A stretch of DNA of 60,641 nucleotides from Thermoplasmatota archaeon (GTDB lineage Archaea; Thermoplasmatota; Poseidoniia; Poseidoniales; Poseidoniaceae): contig JAYXXD010000002.1 of NCBI GenBank assembly GCA_036019775.1, forward strand, positions 1 to 60,641, read 5' to 3'. Of the stretch, positions 44,939 to 54,458 are shown one piece after another. A program made the translations under genes and the position numbers. Each line of letters opens with the position of its first letter. The stretch's first letter is position 1. Below the pieces are notes generated by a model. It searched no databases and was not told where the DNA came from. It saw only the letters and a list, made by a program, of their open reading frames with translations.

Positions 44939-47900
44939 ATGCACATGCAGATTGCAAATGTTGGAAAAAGCGTGGGATTGGTTGGATTACTCCTTACATC
45001 CCTAATGATCGGATTGGTTACTGTACCAACTGCGAGTGCAGTTAACGAAACATCCAGTGGTACAATCACGACAACCGAGACGTGGAGTGGTACTCACACT
45101 CTAACTGGTAACGTCACTGTTGCTGAAGGTGCGAAACTTGTCATTAATGCCGGTACGACCGTGAATATTCCTGCTGGTGCTTACATCGATGTCGAAGGAG
45201 CAATGTGTGCTGGTTCCGCTTCTTGTGGGGCTTCCCAAGGCAGTGCATCATCTCCAGTTCGATTTGAATGGGCAACACCAGCAGATTACGATGTTCTTGG
45301 CTGGTGCTTACAACAAAACAGTCAGTTCTACACAAACCCGGATGCAGGGTGCGGTTCCGGAGTTATCATTCGAAGTACTATCAACCAGGCATCGACAGGA
45401 TTGTCCTTTGTTTCGTTTAACAACGCTTACGGACACCCAGTATTAGTTCAAACTGGCCAATCCCAATCCATTCAGTATGCTACCCTGATTTTTGATGGAT
45501 CCACAACAAATGCAGATAATCTTGTATTTTCGAACATCAATACGTCTAACATTATCGCTCTTGATTTTGCAGCTCCAATCATTCGAGACTCAACATTTAC
45601 GCTCGGTGATGATGGACGAGGTTATGATGCCTCCGCAGTGCGCGCCTACGATGCAGGTGCAGGTATTTTGTCACCGTTGGTTCTCACGGGTTCGACATTC
45701 ACAGGCAATACTGAAGCTCAGTGTGGAACTTCAGGTGGAGGAAAGGCTGTAATCTATGCAGAATCATCGTACATTTCGATGGACCAACTTGATGTCAAGG
45801 AAAATGCGTATGGTGTTTTCCTCAGAGAATCATCAGGTTCTCTAGGCAACAGTACCTTCGATGTTCTTTGCAATGCAATCGACACCAACTCATTCAAATC
45901 CACAGGAAACTTCGCCCACACGCTTTACCTTGATAGCAATGATATCACCACTGAAGAGGGTGCGGGAATCACAGCATTTTCTGGAGCAATTGTTACTGCA
46001 ACGAACAATGTGATTTCAGGTGCATCGGCAGGTTCTGGATTTGGTATTCGAGACTCAACCGTTTCAGCGCATGGGAATACAGTCGGGCCGATTGAAGGGT
46101 TCAATGGTTTCTGGGTTTTCGGTCAATCAGAGGTTGAAATTGAAAACAACACCATCCAAGATACTGCAAAAGAACCCATCCAAATCGGCGAATACCACTA
46201 CAAGGATCCGAACAGCAACTATCCTCCACCTTCTGCAAATCGAGCATACATTGCCAACAACGTTATTTCAAACAATTCTGGTACATGCACCTCTCAATTC
46301 ATGTATAATGGAGATTTCACTTGCCCAGCAATCCATATCTTTTCATCTTCAGCAACAATCGTTGACAATACAGTCACCAACAACGCAGGTGATGGATTAC
46401 GAATCAAAGGATCCATTGTGAACGTCCAACGAAATACTGTTGAAGCGGGACAATTCGCTGTAAACATCAGTCACTTTGACACGATAACAGCTTCCAAGTA
46501 TGGATCGATTGGTTACTTTTCAGGAAACACTTGGACCAATGCTACGCAAGTGTACAACATCACTGAGTCACGGGTAACAGTGCAGTCGGAGTACATTCCT
46601 GATGCTGGTGGAGACTACATCTATCCAGTCATGCTTCAATGGCTTAGTGCAGAATGTCCAGATGTGACATCGGAATGTTTGTTGCTGCCAGATACAGCAG
46701 TTACCCCTCCAAGAGATATGCCTCTTGCGATTGAGTTGGTCAACAATTCAACTGTATTCTCGTTTGCAAATTTACAAAACTTCGATCCTTCAAAGATTCA
46801 TGTTCAGAACCAAAACACCGAGTGGGGGTCACAAGTCCGACAAGGTGAACTTGTTCGCTATCAGGTCAAAGCGAAGAACAGCAATGTTGCTGGCGCTACG
46901 GTGATCATTAAAGATGCAACAGGACTTCCATTGTATGAACTGACAACGGATAATTTTGGAATGACGCAACAAGTCTCACTCCCTTCCGATTTCTTGCTCG
47001 ATCGCAACTGGAATCATGCAGTGGGTGAAACTGGAGTTACTGTTCCGGGCACGAATCCAACCAACCCGACCATTTTGGATGAAGACACATGTTCTGATGG
47101 ATACGACAATGACGGTGATACGTACGTTGATGACGAAGATCCTGATTGTATTAATGGCCGAGAGCTTCCATTCTACATCGTTGAAGCTTACAAATTCGAT
47201 AAAGGCAAGAAAGATTTCGACTTCGTTCTCAGTGGTCCAATCGACGATGTCATCAATCTTGACAACTTGCGACCAAGTGTCACAGTTGAACAATACGATG
47301 GGGAATCTTTCGCCATCAATGCTGTCCTCACTGGGACTGCTTGGGATGGAGTATCGGGTCCATATCCTCTCGATGTAATCGCATACGATCGACAATTCGG
47401 TTTGATTGACCGTGTTGAGATTCAACCACCAGGCAGCACCGACTGGTACTATGCCGTTGATACCTCTGGAGCGAACGGCGAATTGACCAAGGAAAACCAT
47501 CCATTCAAGACATGGTCGTTTGATTGGGATCTATCGGCTCATCCTGATGGAGAAAGTGATGTTACATTCAGAATCCGCTCATACGATGGTCTGGATTACT
47601 CTCCAATAGAAGTGCGTAAGTTCAAACTCAATTTGGTACCTCCAACACTGTACCTCAACGAACCATTGGACGGTTCCACTCACTCAAATGGAAAGATTCT
47701 CTTCACAGGCACAGCATCCGATCCTTATTCAGGAACATGGGGGTCGGATATTCAGGATATTTGGTTTGATGTTACTGGGCCAAATGGCTACAATTCTCAC
47801 TTTGCTATCAACGGATCAATTGCTTGGGCATATGAATGGAATTTTGAGGATTTAGAAACTGGTCAATACACGTTCGAAGTTTGGGCGAGTGACAGTGACT

Positions 47901-49279
47901 TCTGTGATGATGTACAAGGGAATTGTGTTATTTCCACTCGAACTGTTAATGTGCTTAACGATAACGCCATCCCAATTGTTGATTTAATTGAACCGGATGG
48001 AACAAAAGCAGTTCGTGCCGATGCCAATACACAATTGGTGGGCTTTGCCAGCGATGGTGCTGATGGTACGATCACACGTGTAGAAATTGAGATTCTTGAT
48101 TTGGCAAGTGGACTTATCCTCAATGACGGGCCTGCTCCTGTAACGACGTTTACGAAGTCAGGTCCTGGTTATTCCTGGTCAGCAAATTGGGATACAAGCA
48201 AACTGAATCATGAAGGACAGTACGAAATTCGAGTTAAGGCATACGATGGAGAGGATTATTCCGTCGCAGATATCGTCAGAATTACCATTTCAAAACCGAC
48301 GGATGCAAACAACATACCTCCACAATTTAATGCCACAAATTGGCCGAATACGCTGACAATTTTCTGTGTTGTTGGTTCATCTTCAGAAAACCAGTGCGGT
48401 GGAGGAGTGGAACTTGATTTGACTCAGTATTTCAACGACCCGGATTCAGATGTCCTGATTATCGATTTCGTTGACGATGCAACCACTGAAGATGATGATA
48501 ATCATCCGTTCCTCATCGATATCGATATTAATGGTGTTGCAAAGTACGATCCTGCGAGCAAACAGAACAATCAAAACATCTCAAGTTGGACCATTGAAAA
48601 TGTTCGATTTATTGTCCGAGACGCTTTTGATGAATCAAAGATGTCCAGTAGCGTTACGTTCTTCGTACAAGCTGTTGAATTCAATGTTGTTCGCGATGAT
48701 CCAAATGATCCGGTGACTGCGACAAACCCTGCCGAGTTTAGTGGAACAGGTTTGCCCGGTGCAAAAATTGAAGCCCGTTCCGTCGCTTCGAAATCGCTCA
48801 TTAAGTCCGTGATTGTTGGAGATACTGGTGCTTGGTCGATGAATCTCAGTCTTCAAGATATGAATGATGCGTCAAATAACTTGATGTTCCTGATGGATGA
48901 ACAAACTTTCGGAGGAAGTTCGGAGCCTTCGTCATTTAGAGTTGAAGTTGGTGAAGTTGATGAAGGCTCAAACCTTCTGCTCATCATAGGTATCGTTGTT
49001 GCTGCTTTGATCTTGCTTGCCGGAGTTGCTTACTTCTTCGTTGAATTTGAGGAAATTGAAGATGAAGGATTTGATGCGACAACAGAGGTTGTTCAAGAAG
49101 AAGACCCTTATGCATGGGGCAAGAAAACGACCCCAGCTATCCCTCAGCAAACCGTTGCTCCAACGCCGGCTGTCCAGCCTGAAGTCGTACAACAATCCGC
49201 ACAACACCCTGGCTGGATTTGGGATCAAGAAAACAATCAATGGGTCCCTGATCCAAATTATCAACCGCCCAGCCAATAA
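44939..49279 (+). CDS. Giant tail-anchored surface protein: right-handed parallel beta-helix repeats, Cys-bracketed Asp-rich metal-binding motif, Ig-like domains, C-terminal TM and cytoplasmic tail
   Basis: About 1446 aa. The start is ATG 44939, or 44945 which has better spacing to GAGGA. Signal peptide VGLVGLLLTSLMIGLVTVPTASA. PbH1-like repeats (NNVISGASAGSGFGIRDS, NNTIQD, NNVISNNSG, DNTVTNNAGDGLRI). CSDGYDNDGDTYVDDEDPDC at 47090-47149. TM LLLIIGIVVAALILLAGVAYFFV. Confidence 0.75.
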   Translation: MHMQIANVGKSVGLVGLLLTSLMIGLVTVPTASAVNETSSGTITTTETWSGTHTLTGNVTVAEGAKLVINAGTTVNIPAGAYIDVEGAMCAGSASCGASQGSASSPVRFEWATPADYDVLGWCLQQNSQFYTNPDAGCGSGVIIRSTINQASTGLSFVSFNNAYGHPVLVQTGQSQSIQYATLIFDGSTTNADNLVFSNINTSNIIALDFAAPIIRDSTFTLGDDGRGYDASAVRAYDAGAGILSPLVLTGSTFTGNTEAQCGTSGGGKAVIYAESSYISMDQLDVKENAYGVFLRESSGSLGNSTFDVLCNAIDTNSFKSTGNFAHTLYLDSNDITTEEGAGITAFSGAIVTATNNVISGASAGSGFGIRDSTVSAHGNTVGPIEGFNGFWVFGQSEVEIENNTIQDTAKEPIQIGEYHYKDPNSNYPPPSANRAYIANNVISNNSGTCTSQFMYNGDFTCPAIHIFSSSATIVDNTVTNNAGDGLRIKGSIVNVQRNTVEAGQFAVNISHFDTITASKYGSIGYFSGNTWTNATQVYNITESRVTVQSEYIPDAGGDYIYPVMLQWLSAECPDVTSECLLLPDTAVTPPRDMPLAIELVNNSTVFSFANLQNFDPSKIHVQNQNTEWGSQVRQGELVRYQVKAKNSNVAGATVIIKDATGLPLYELTTDNFGMTQQVSLPSDFLLDRNWNHAVGETGVTVPGTNPTNPTILDEDTCSDGYDNDGDTYVDDEDPDCINGRELPFYIVEAYKFDKGKKDFDFVLSGPIDDVINLDNLRPSVTVEQYDGESFAINAVLTGTAWDGVSGPYPLDVIAYDRQFGLIDRVEIQPPGSTDWYYAVDTSGANGELTKENHPFKTWSFDWDLSAHPDGESDVTFRIRSYDGLDYSPIEVRKFKLNLVPPTLYLNEPLDGSTHSNGKILFTGTASDPYSGTWGSDIQDIWFDVTGPNGYNSHFAINGSIAWAYEWNFEDLETGQYTFEVWASDSDFCDDVQGNCVISTRTVNVLNDNAIPIVDLIEPDGTKAVRADANTQLVGFASDGADGTITRVEIEILDLASGLILNDGPAPVTTFTKSGPGYSWSANWDTSKLNHEGQYEIRVKAYDGEDYSVADIVRITISKPTDANNIPPQFNATNWPNTLTIFCVVGSSSENQCGGGVELDLTQYFNDPDSDVLIIDFVDDATTEDDDNHPFLIDIDINGVAKYDPASKQNNQNISSWTIENVRFIVRDAFDESKMSSSVTFFVQAVEFNVVRDDPNDPVTATNPAEFSGTGLPGAKIEARSVASKSLIKSVIVGDTGAWSMNLSLQDMNDASNNLMFLMDEQTFGGSSEPSSFRVEVGEVDEGSNLLLIIGIVVAALILLAGVAYFFVEFEEIEDEGFDATTEVVQEEDPYAWGKKTTPAIPQQTVAPTPAVQPEVVQQSAQHPGWIWDQENNQWVPDPNYQPPSQ

Positions 49280-49294
49280 TTCGGTTGTGATTGA

Positions 49295-51808
49295 ATGATT
49301 CCCAAACCAGGTGTTCAGGAGAAGGTGCTGCTGCATCTTCTGGATTATGCTGATTTCAAGGAAAAAGTGGAAGTTCCCTTCGCACTCTCACAGATGGGAA
49401 TTGCCAATGCTGTTGCAATTGCACGGTCAAACGTACCTCGAGCGATATCTGGTTTGAGAGATCAAGGTCTTCTTGTAGAACGACAGGCTCACGTCCATGG
49501 AGTAAGTCGGAAACGAAAAGCATACTTTCTCACGGACTCTGGTATTCTCGCAGCTGAGGAAACATGGGGCAGACTTCGGGAATTCCAATTTCGATGCATC
49601 AATGTTGATGGTGAAACGGTGTCAACTACCTTAGGGGCGGCTCATGAAGTACTCCCATTTACCATGCGTCCAGTCGATATTATTCGATATTTAGACGATA
49701 ATCTCATCCTTGATGCTCGTTCTCTTTCAGAGGATCTCATCGAACGAGATTTATCAAAACAAGTAGAGAAACAACTTGTGACATCACTGGGTGATCTACC
49801 AAGATTGCGCCATTTCTATGGGCGAGAGAAAGAATTGGATAACATGGTCAATCTTCTCGATGCTCGTGCAACAACATTGTTGGTTCCTGGTATTGCAGGA
49901 ATTGGTAAAACTACAATTGCAGCGAAACTGATTGAACGATTTATGCATCGTCGCAACCTTTTGTATCATCGTTGTCAAGACTGGGAAGGATCTCGGGCTT
50001 TATTTGAATCACTTGCTGAATGGCTACTCAACATTGGTGATTCCTCATTTGCTGATTATCTCGCAGCCACTCCAGTGCCTAAACCGGATGATGCTGCCCG
50101 AATTCTGATTGATTCTTTGGAAAACACACCAACACTCATCGTAATCGACGATTTTCACAAAGTTTCAGATCCCATACTTTTCCAAACGATTCAATCAATG
50201 ACACTCGGTTTGCTTGGTAGTGAGGAATCGATTGGTCTTGTGATTTTTTCCCGCTCATTCAAACCAGTTGTCCCAACCAAAGATGCAGAAGGAAGAATCA
50301 CCAGCCTCGTTCTTCCGCTTGATGGGCTTGACTCTGATTCAGCGCGAAATCTGCTGACTGGATTTGATGAACTCTCTACAGAGCAATGGCTGCATATTCA
50401 TGGCCTGTCCCGTGGGCATCCACTGGTCCTTGAACTCATTAATCGCGGTGCTTCTGCTGGAGCATTCCATGATACGCTCGAGCATTATGTAACCAAAGAG
50501 ATTTTTTCGAAACTTTCTGCTGAACAAAAACGTGTTCTTACAGTTCTTTCGATCTTTAGAGAAGCCGTATCTTTGGATGCATTACTCGCCCACGAATTGG
50601 ATGTCGATGTTCTCGATAGTCTTGTTGAACAGGGGCTCGCTCGACAAGTCGATACTGATGTGTATGACGTGCATGATTTGATTCGAGAATTTCTTGTAAG
50701 GAGCATCGATGATCAGACAAAACAATCGGTTCACAGCAATTGTGCAACTTATTACAGCAAATTAAGCAAATCATCAGAAACGACACTCGAACAAATTTAC
50801 CATGAACTCGCATCCGAGCATGAGCAAGAAGCAATTGAGAAAATTGTAGAGTTTGGAAGGCAACTTGTTTCGCAAGGCCACCTGGAATTGTTAAGTCTCA
50901 TTGAAAGTGTTAATCTGGAACGCCTCCATCCTTCCTTGATGGCACCGATGATGCAATTGCAAGGTGATATCCTCGTTATGCTTGGCAGGTTTGAACAGGC
51001 CTCGACTGTGTTGGATACGGCAAGTAAGGCAGCACGTGATGCAAACTTAGCAGTCGTGTACTCAGAGATTCTTGGTTCACAAGCAGATATTGCGATGAAA
51101 CAAGGTCAAACAGACAAAGCCCTCTCAGCTCACAAGGAGGCATTGGAAGTCCAAGTTGAACTCGGGGATGCTCAAGGAGCAGCTCGAACCTACAACAACA
51201 TGGGTTATCTCTATCGAAGGAAGAACAATCGAAGCAAAGCCTTGGAGGCCTATTCCGAGGTTGAAGCCATCATTATGAACGATGAAACTCTGTTGGACGC
51301 GCAAATCATTCTTGGCCGTGCACTACTCGATTTAGGAGAAGTGAATCGTGCTCGGAAGCATGCATTCGAAGCCTTTCAACGAACTGAAAAAGCGGAAAAT
51401 CTACTTGCCCATGCTCGTGCGCAAGCATTGCTTGGTCGATATCATGCAAAAATGAATGATGCTGAAACTTCCATGCACCATTATACAGAATCGCTGAATA
51501 TCATGTCCGATGTTGGTGATCCTGTATCCATGGTTGAACTTATGATTCTCTTAGGTGAAGTTCTTGAAGATAGTGGGAGGAGTGAAGAAGCTCTCGAGCG
51601 ATACAGAGAAGCACTCGTTATCGCTGAAGCAAATGATTTACGCATGCAGATAGGGGAACTTCTGTCGAAACTTGGAGGCGTTGCTCCAGACCGACAACGT
51701 CGAATGGAATACTTGCAACGAGCACTAGCAGTCTTCAGAGAACTTGGTGCTCGAACACGAATGCGTGAAGTACAATCCCAAGTACACTCGGCAATTATGG
51801 GTCGTTAG
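49295..51808 (+). CDS. STAND-type P-loop NTPase with N-terminal winged-HTH and C-terminal TPR repeats (putative signal-sensing transcription regulator)
   Basis: 837 aa. wHTH-like LSQMGIANAVAIARSNVPRAISGLRDQGLLVE. FYGREKEL lead-in, Walker A GIAGIGKTT, Walker B LIVIDDFHKV. Multiple TPR-like units (ARTYNNMGYLYRRKNNRSKALEAY, etc.). It begins 15 nt after the beta-helix giant. Confidence 0.75.
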   Translation: MIPKPGVQEKVLLHLLDYADFKEKVEVPFALSQMGIANAVAIARSNVPRAISGLRDQGLLVERQAHVHGVSRKRKAYFLTDSGILAAEETWGRLREFQFRCINVDGETVSTTLGAAHEVLPFTMRPVDIIRYLDDNLILDARSLSEDLIERDLSKQVEKQLVTSLGDLPRLRHFYGREKELDNMVNLLDARATTLLVPGIAGIGKTTIAAKLIERFMHRRNLLYHRCQDWEGSRALFESLAEWLLNIGDSSFADYLAATPVPKPDDAARILIDSLENTPTLIVIDDFHKVSDPILFQTIQSMTLGLLGSEESIGLVIFSRSFKPVVPTKDAEGRITSLVLPLDGLDSDSARNLLTGFDELSTEQWLHIHGLSRGHPLVLELINRGASAGAFHDTLEHYVTKEIFSKLSAEQKRVLTVLSIFREAVSLDALLAHELDVDVLDSLVEQGLARQVDTDVYDVHDLIREFLVRSIDDQTKQSVHSNCATYYSKLSKSSETTLEQIYHELASEHEQEAIEKIVEFGRQLVSQGHLELLSLIESVNLERLHPSLMAPMMQLQGDILVMLGRFEQASTVLDTASKAARDANLAVVYSEILGSQADIAMKQGQTDKALSAHKEALEVQVELGDAQGAARTYNNMGYLYRRKNNRSKALEAYSEVEAIIMNDETLLDAQIILGRALLDLGEVNRARKHAFEAFQRTEKAENLLAHARAQALLGRYHAKMNDAETSMHHYTESLNIMSDVGDPVSMVELMILLGEVLEDSGRSEEALERYREALVIAEANDLRMQIGELLSKLGGVAPDRQRRMEYLQRALAVFRELGARTRMREVQSQVHSAIMGR

Positions 51809-52275
51809 AACATTGGCCGATCAAGCTCGAGTGAAATCACTCCATCTTGATACACGACCCATATGGATTCAACTCCTGCGAGGTTAATCACGCCTGAGTG
51901 TGGTGCTGATGCCGTACCTGATAACGAACGTTCAGCATCCAATTCACCCTGGGCATCATGCAATATCAACAACGTATCTGTTAATTCAAGTGTAAATTGG
52001 GATTCGTCCGCCTCAGTTGCTCTCCAGTAGACTTGTTCAGCATACGATGAATTTCCAATACGGCTAGCAATATCTGTTCGTTCAATTGCATCGGACAAAT
52101 CATTCATGTTTGCGTCAATCGCTTCAACATTCCAACGTTCACGTGTTGCAGTTTCGATATCGTATATCCAGATACTAAATGCTGTCAATAGAAGGACGCC
52201 GAGCAAGAATGTGAAGACATATCCGAGTTCTGTTGCTGCAGCTTCTCGGTTCTTCTGAAGGGAGGATACTTTCAC
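51805..52275 (-). CDS. Small protein with an archaeal class III (type IV pilin-like) signal peptide
   Basis: 156 aa. N-terminus MKVSSLQKNREAAATELGYVFTFLLGVLLLTAFSIW (charged n-region, small residue, long hydrophobic helix). 4-nt overlap with the upstream gene. Confidence 0.5.
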   Translation of the reverse strand: MKVSSLQKNREAAATELGYVFTFLLGVLLLTAFSIWIYDIETATRERWNVEAIDANMNDLSDAIERTDIASRIGNSSYAEQVYWRATEADESQFTLELTDTLLILHDAQGELDAERSLSGTASAPHSGVINLAGVESIWVVYQDGVISLELDRPMF

Positions 52276-54458
52276 GCAATCACCTCAGAAACATGTGCAT
52301 CTAGGGAAGAAATTTGAAGTGAAAATTGGATTGGCTGACCCCCTGTATGCCATACAGATTCCATGGTTCCAAATCCTGGGTCTGGGACCCAACCAACATA
52401 ATCCGTCAACAGATCCAATCTGCCGGGGTAAATTGTCCAATCTTCACTCGCTTCCAATCCTTGTGTAGACGTTTGTGCAATAGCGCCACCATACGGTTCA
52501 GCCCAACCTCGTCGAACCTCGTATGCAATTTCACTCGCAAGAGAGGTACGCTTTGCTAGGGTTACTTCGACTGAAAGAGATCCTCCTCCCATCACAGAAT
52601 CGCTTGTTGGGTGCAGTGCAGGGATCGTTGCTGCAAATCGTGGCCCAGGTCCGCCACGGTCAAGTGGTGGTGCAATAACGGTCGGGTTGTATTCCGGATG
52701 ATTTGTCAAAACAGCTCCTCCACTCATTGCAACTTCCATGCCAGTGACCGAGGATTCAAATTCGTATACAAGTCGGGAAACTTGCATCACCCATGCACTT
52801 CCGATAGGGGTGTATGGCTCTTCAACAATAAGTCCGTAGAGCTCGATGTGCAAACTAGCAGGAAATGCCCCACTTTGCCATGCTTCTTGCAAATCAACGA
52901 TGCTTCGTCCACCCATGCTGGTCCAAGGCATTGTCAAATCCACCCAACCAGATGCAGTAACTCCGATTGAAACGCAACGCCTTGCACCATCATGAACTCC
53001 ATCGTGAAGTCCAATGGATCCATGGTCTGCGAATGCATACACTCCATGGCCTTGTGTGGTATTCACATAAATTGGTTCTTGGTTGACTGGTATGGTCAAT
53101 GTTTCACCGTAATTGAGAATAGTTTCGTTTTCAGTTAATGTAGATGCATTGATTGTCGTTCGGTCTCCGTTGCTACGCAGTTCCAAATCGTAGTTCTCTA
53201 AATTATTGAGATGCATGAATAATCCAGACTCCATTCCGGTATCAATCGCTCCAATTTCGTAAACTCCTGAGGGACTTTCGTCACCTGACCAAACGACCGA
53301 TATTGGCATATCACTCTGGAGAAGACTGGCCCCATCAAGACCTACAGGAGGCCAATCAGTTGTGTAACTCCCAAATTCTTCGATGGTGACGCCAGAGCCT
53401 CTCCACGTTATTGTAGCCGGTTCATTGTTTGGGTTTGAAAGGATAAGATGTCCCTCTAATGTTGGTGGGATAAATTGTGTTCCGTGTACAGAACCAGTTT
53501 GACTTCTCCAGCTTGTCACACCCTCAGTAGTTGTGGACACCATCAACTGGGCATCAGTAGTCGTTGTGAGATGAACCACTTGTGGTTTATCGAGACTGAG
53601 TGTCTTCATCCAACTCGTCCCAACGTTCAGTAAATCCGATGGGACCGAAACTTCGGTAAAGTCGCCAAATTCTCCATTGCCGTGAACCATCATCAGATCC
53701 TCAGAGACAAGGTTGAGTTGAATCGTTCCTGATGGCAACGGCAGAGCCCAGGAACGTCCTAAACCATTCGCATTTGCGTCGGTGGGGCGGACTTCTGTTG
53801 TTCCATGTTCACCTCGCATCCAATGCACGATAAGTTCCTGTGAGGCTTTAATCGCCCAGTTTTCATCATCCAAAGTCCATTTTTGGACATCATCCACAAA
53901 CAGCTCAGCCGTCTGGTCAAGAATTCCGTTTCGAATCAGGTCGACTTTGACGGGACCGAGTGGAAAACTTAGGCCTGGTTTTGTTGTCAAAATTACGCCA
54001 TCTGCCCAGGCTGGGGCTGAATAATGATGCGGTCGATCTGGTCCCAATCGAAGATCAGAAAAGCAAGCAGTCGAAGATGTGGATTCAGGGTGTCGAATTT
54101 TCAGCATATCATCATAATCCAATACGTCTCGAACTCGAAAGGAATGGTCGTCCTGCCATGTTGATGAATACCACATACCGCCTCGCATCATATCCCAAGA
54201 AAGTGTACCGTCAACAGGAGCAATTTCTTGGGTTACAACATCACCTGGCATCCCTTGCTCGCTAAGTGTTGAAGTTTGAAGATTAAACTGCATCATTTGT
54301 GCTGACATGTCATGTCGCTCAACACTTCCTTCCAATTCTTCGATGACTGGAATCATCGTGACCATCATCAAACTGATAATGGATATGACTCCCCCAAAGA
54401 GCAAGACTGTGGCGATGGCTGCAGATACTGCTTCTTCATCGCGGTGGAGTTCAATCAT
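52272..54458 (-). CDS. Large (728-aa) protein with an archaeal class III (type IV pilin-like) signal peptide
   Basis: N-terminus MIELHRDEEAVSAAIATVLLFGGVISIISLMMVTM. No other recognisable motif. 4-nt overlaps with both neighbours. Confidence 0.55.
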   Translation of the reverse strand: MIELHRDEEAVSAAIATVLLFGGVISIISLMMVTMIPVIEELEGSVERHDMSAQMMQFNLQTSTLSEQGMPGDVVTQEIAPVDGTLSWDMMRGGMWYSSTWQDDHSFRVRDVLDYDDMLKIRHPESTSSTACFSDLRLGPDRPHHYSAPAWADGVILTTKPGLSFPLGPVKVDLIRNGILDQTAELFVDDVQKWTLDDENWAIKASQELIVHWMRGEHGTTEVRPTDANANGLGRSWALPLPSGTIQLNLVSEDLMMVHGNGEFGDFTEVSVPSDLLNVGTSWMKTLSLDKPQVVHLTTTTDAQLMVSTTTEGVTSWRSQTGSVHGTQFIPPTLEGHLILSNPNNEPATITWRGSGVTIEEFGSYTTDWPPVGLDGASLLQSDMPISVVWSGDESPSGVYEIGAIDTGMESGLFMHLNNLENYDLELRSNGDRTTINASTLTENETILNYGETLTIPVNQEPIYVNTTQGHGVYAFADHGSIGLHDGVHDGARRCVSIGVTASGWVDLTMPWTSMGGRSIVDLQEAWQSGAFPASLHIELYGLIVEEPYTPIGSAWVMQVSRLVYEFESSVTGMEVAMSGGAVLTNHPEYNPTVIAPPLDRGGPGPRFAATIPALHPTSDSVMGGGSLSVEVTLAKRTSLASEIAYEVRRGWAEPYGGAIAQTSTQGLEASEDWTIYPGRLDLLTDYVGWVPDPGFGTMESVWHTGGQPIQFSLQISSLDAHVSEVIA

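Noticed and set aside
49295-51808. STAND NTPase as an Avs-like antiviral defence protein
   Set aside because: Avs-type proteins carry an N-terminal effector such as a nuclease, protease or TIR/SIR2 domain. Here the N-terminus is a winged-HTH DNA-binding domain and no effector motif is visible. A MalT/AfsR-like signal-sensing regulator is the more economical reading. Structure-based comparison would test this.
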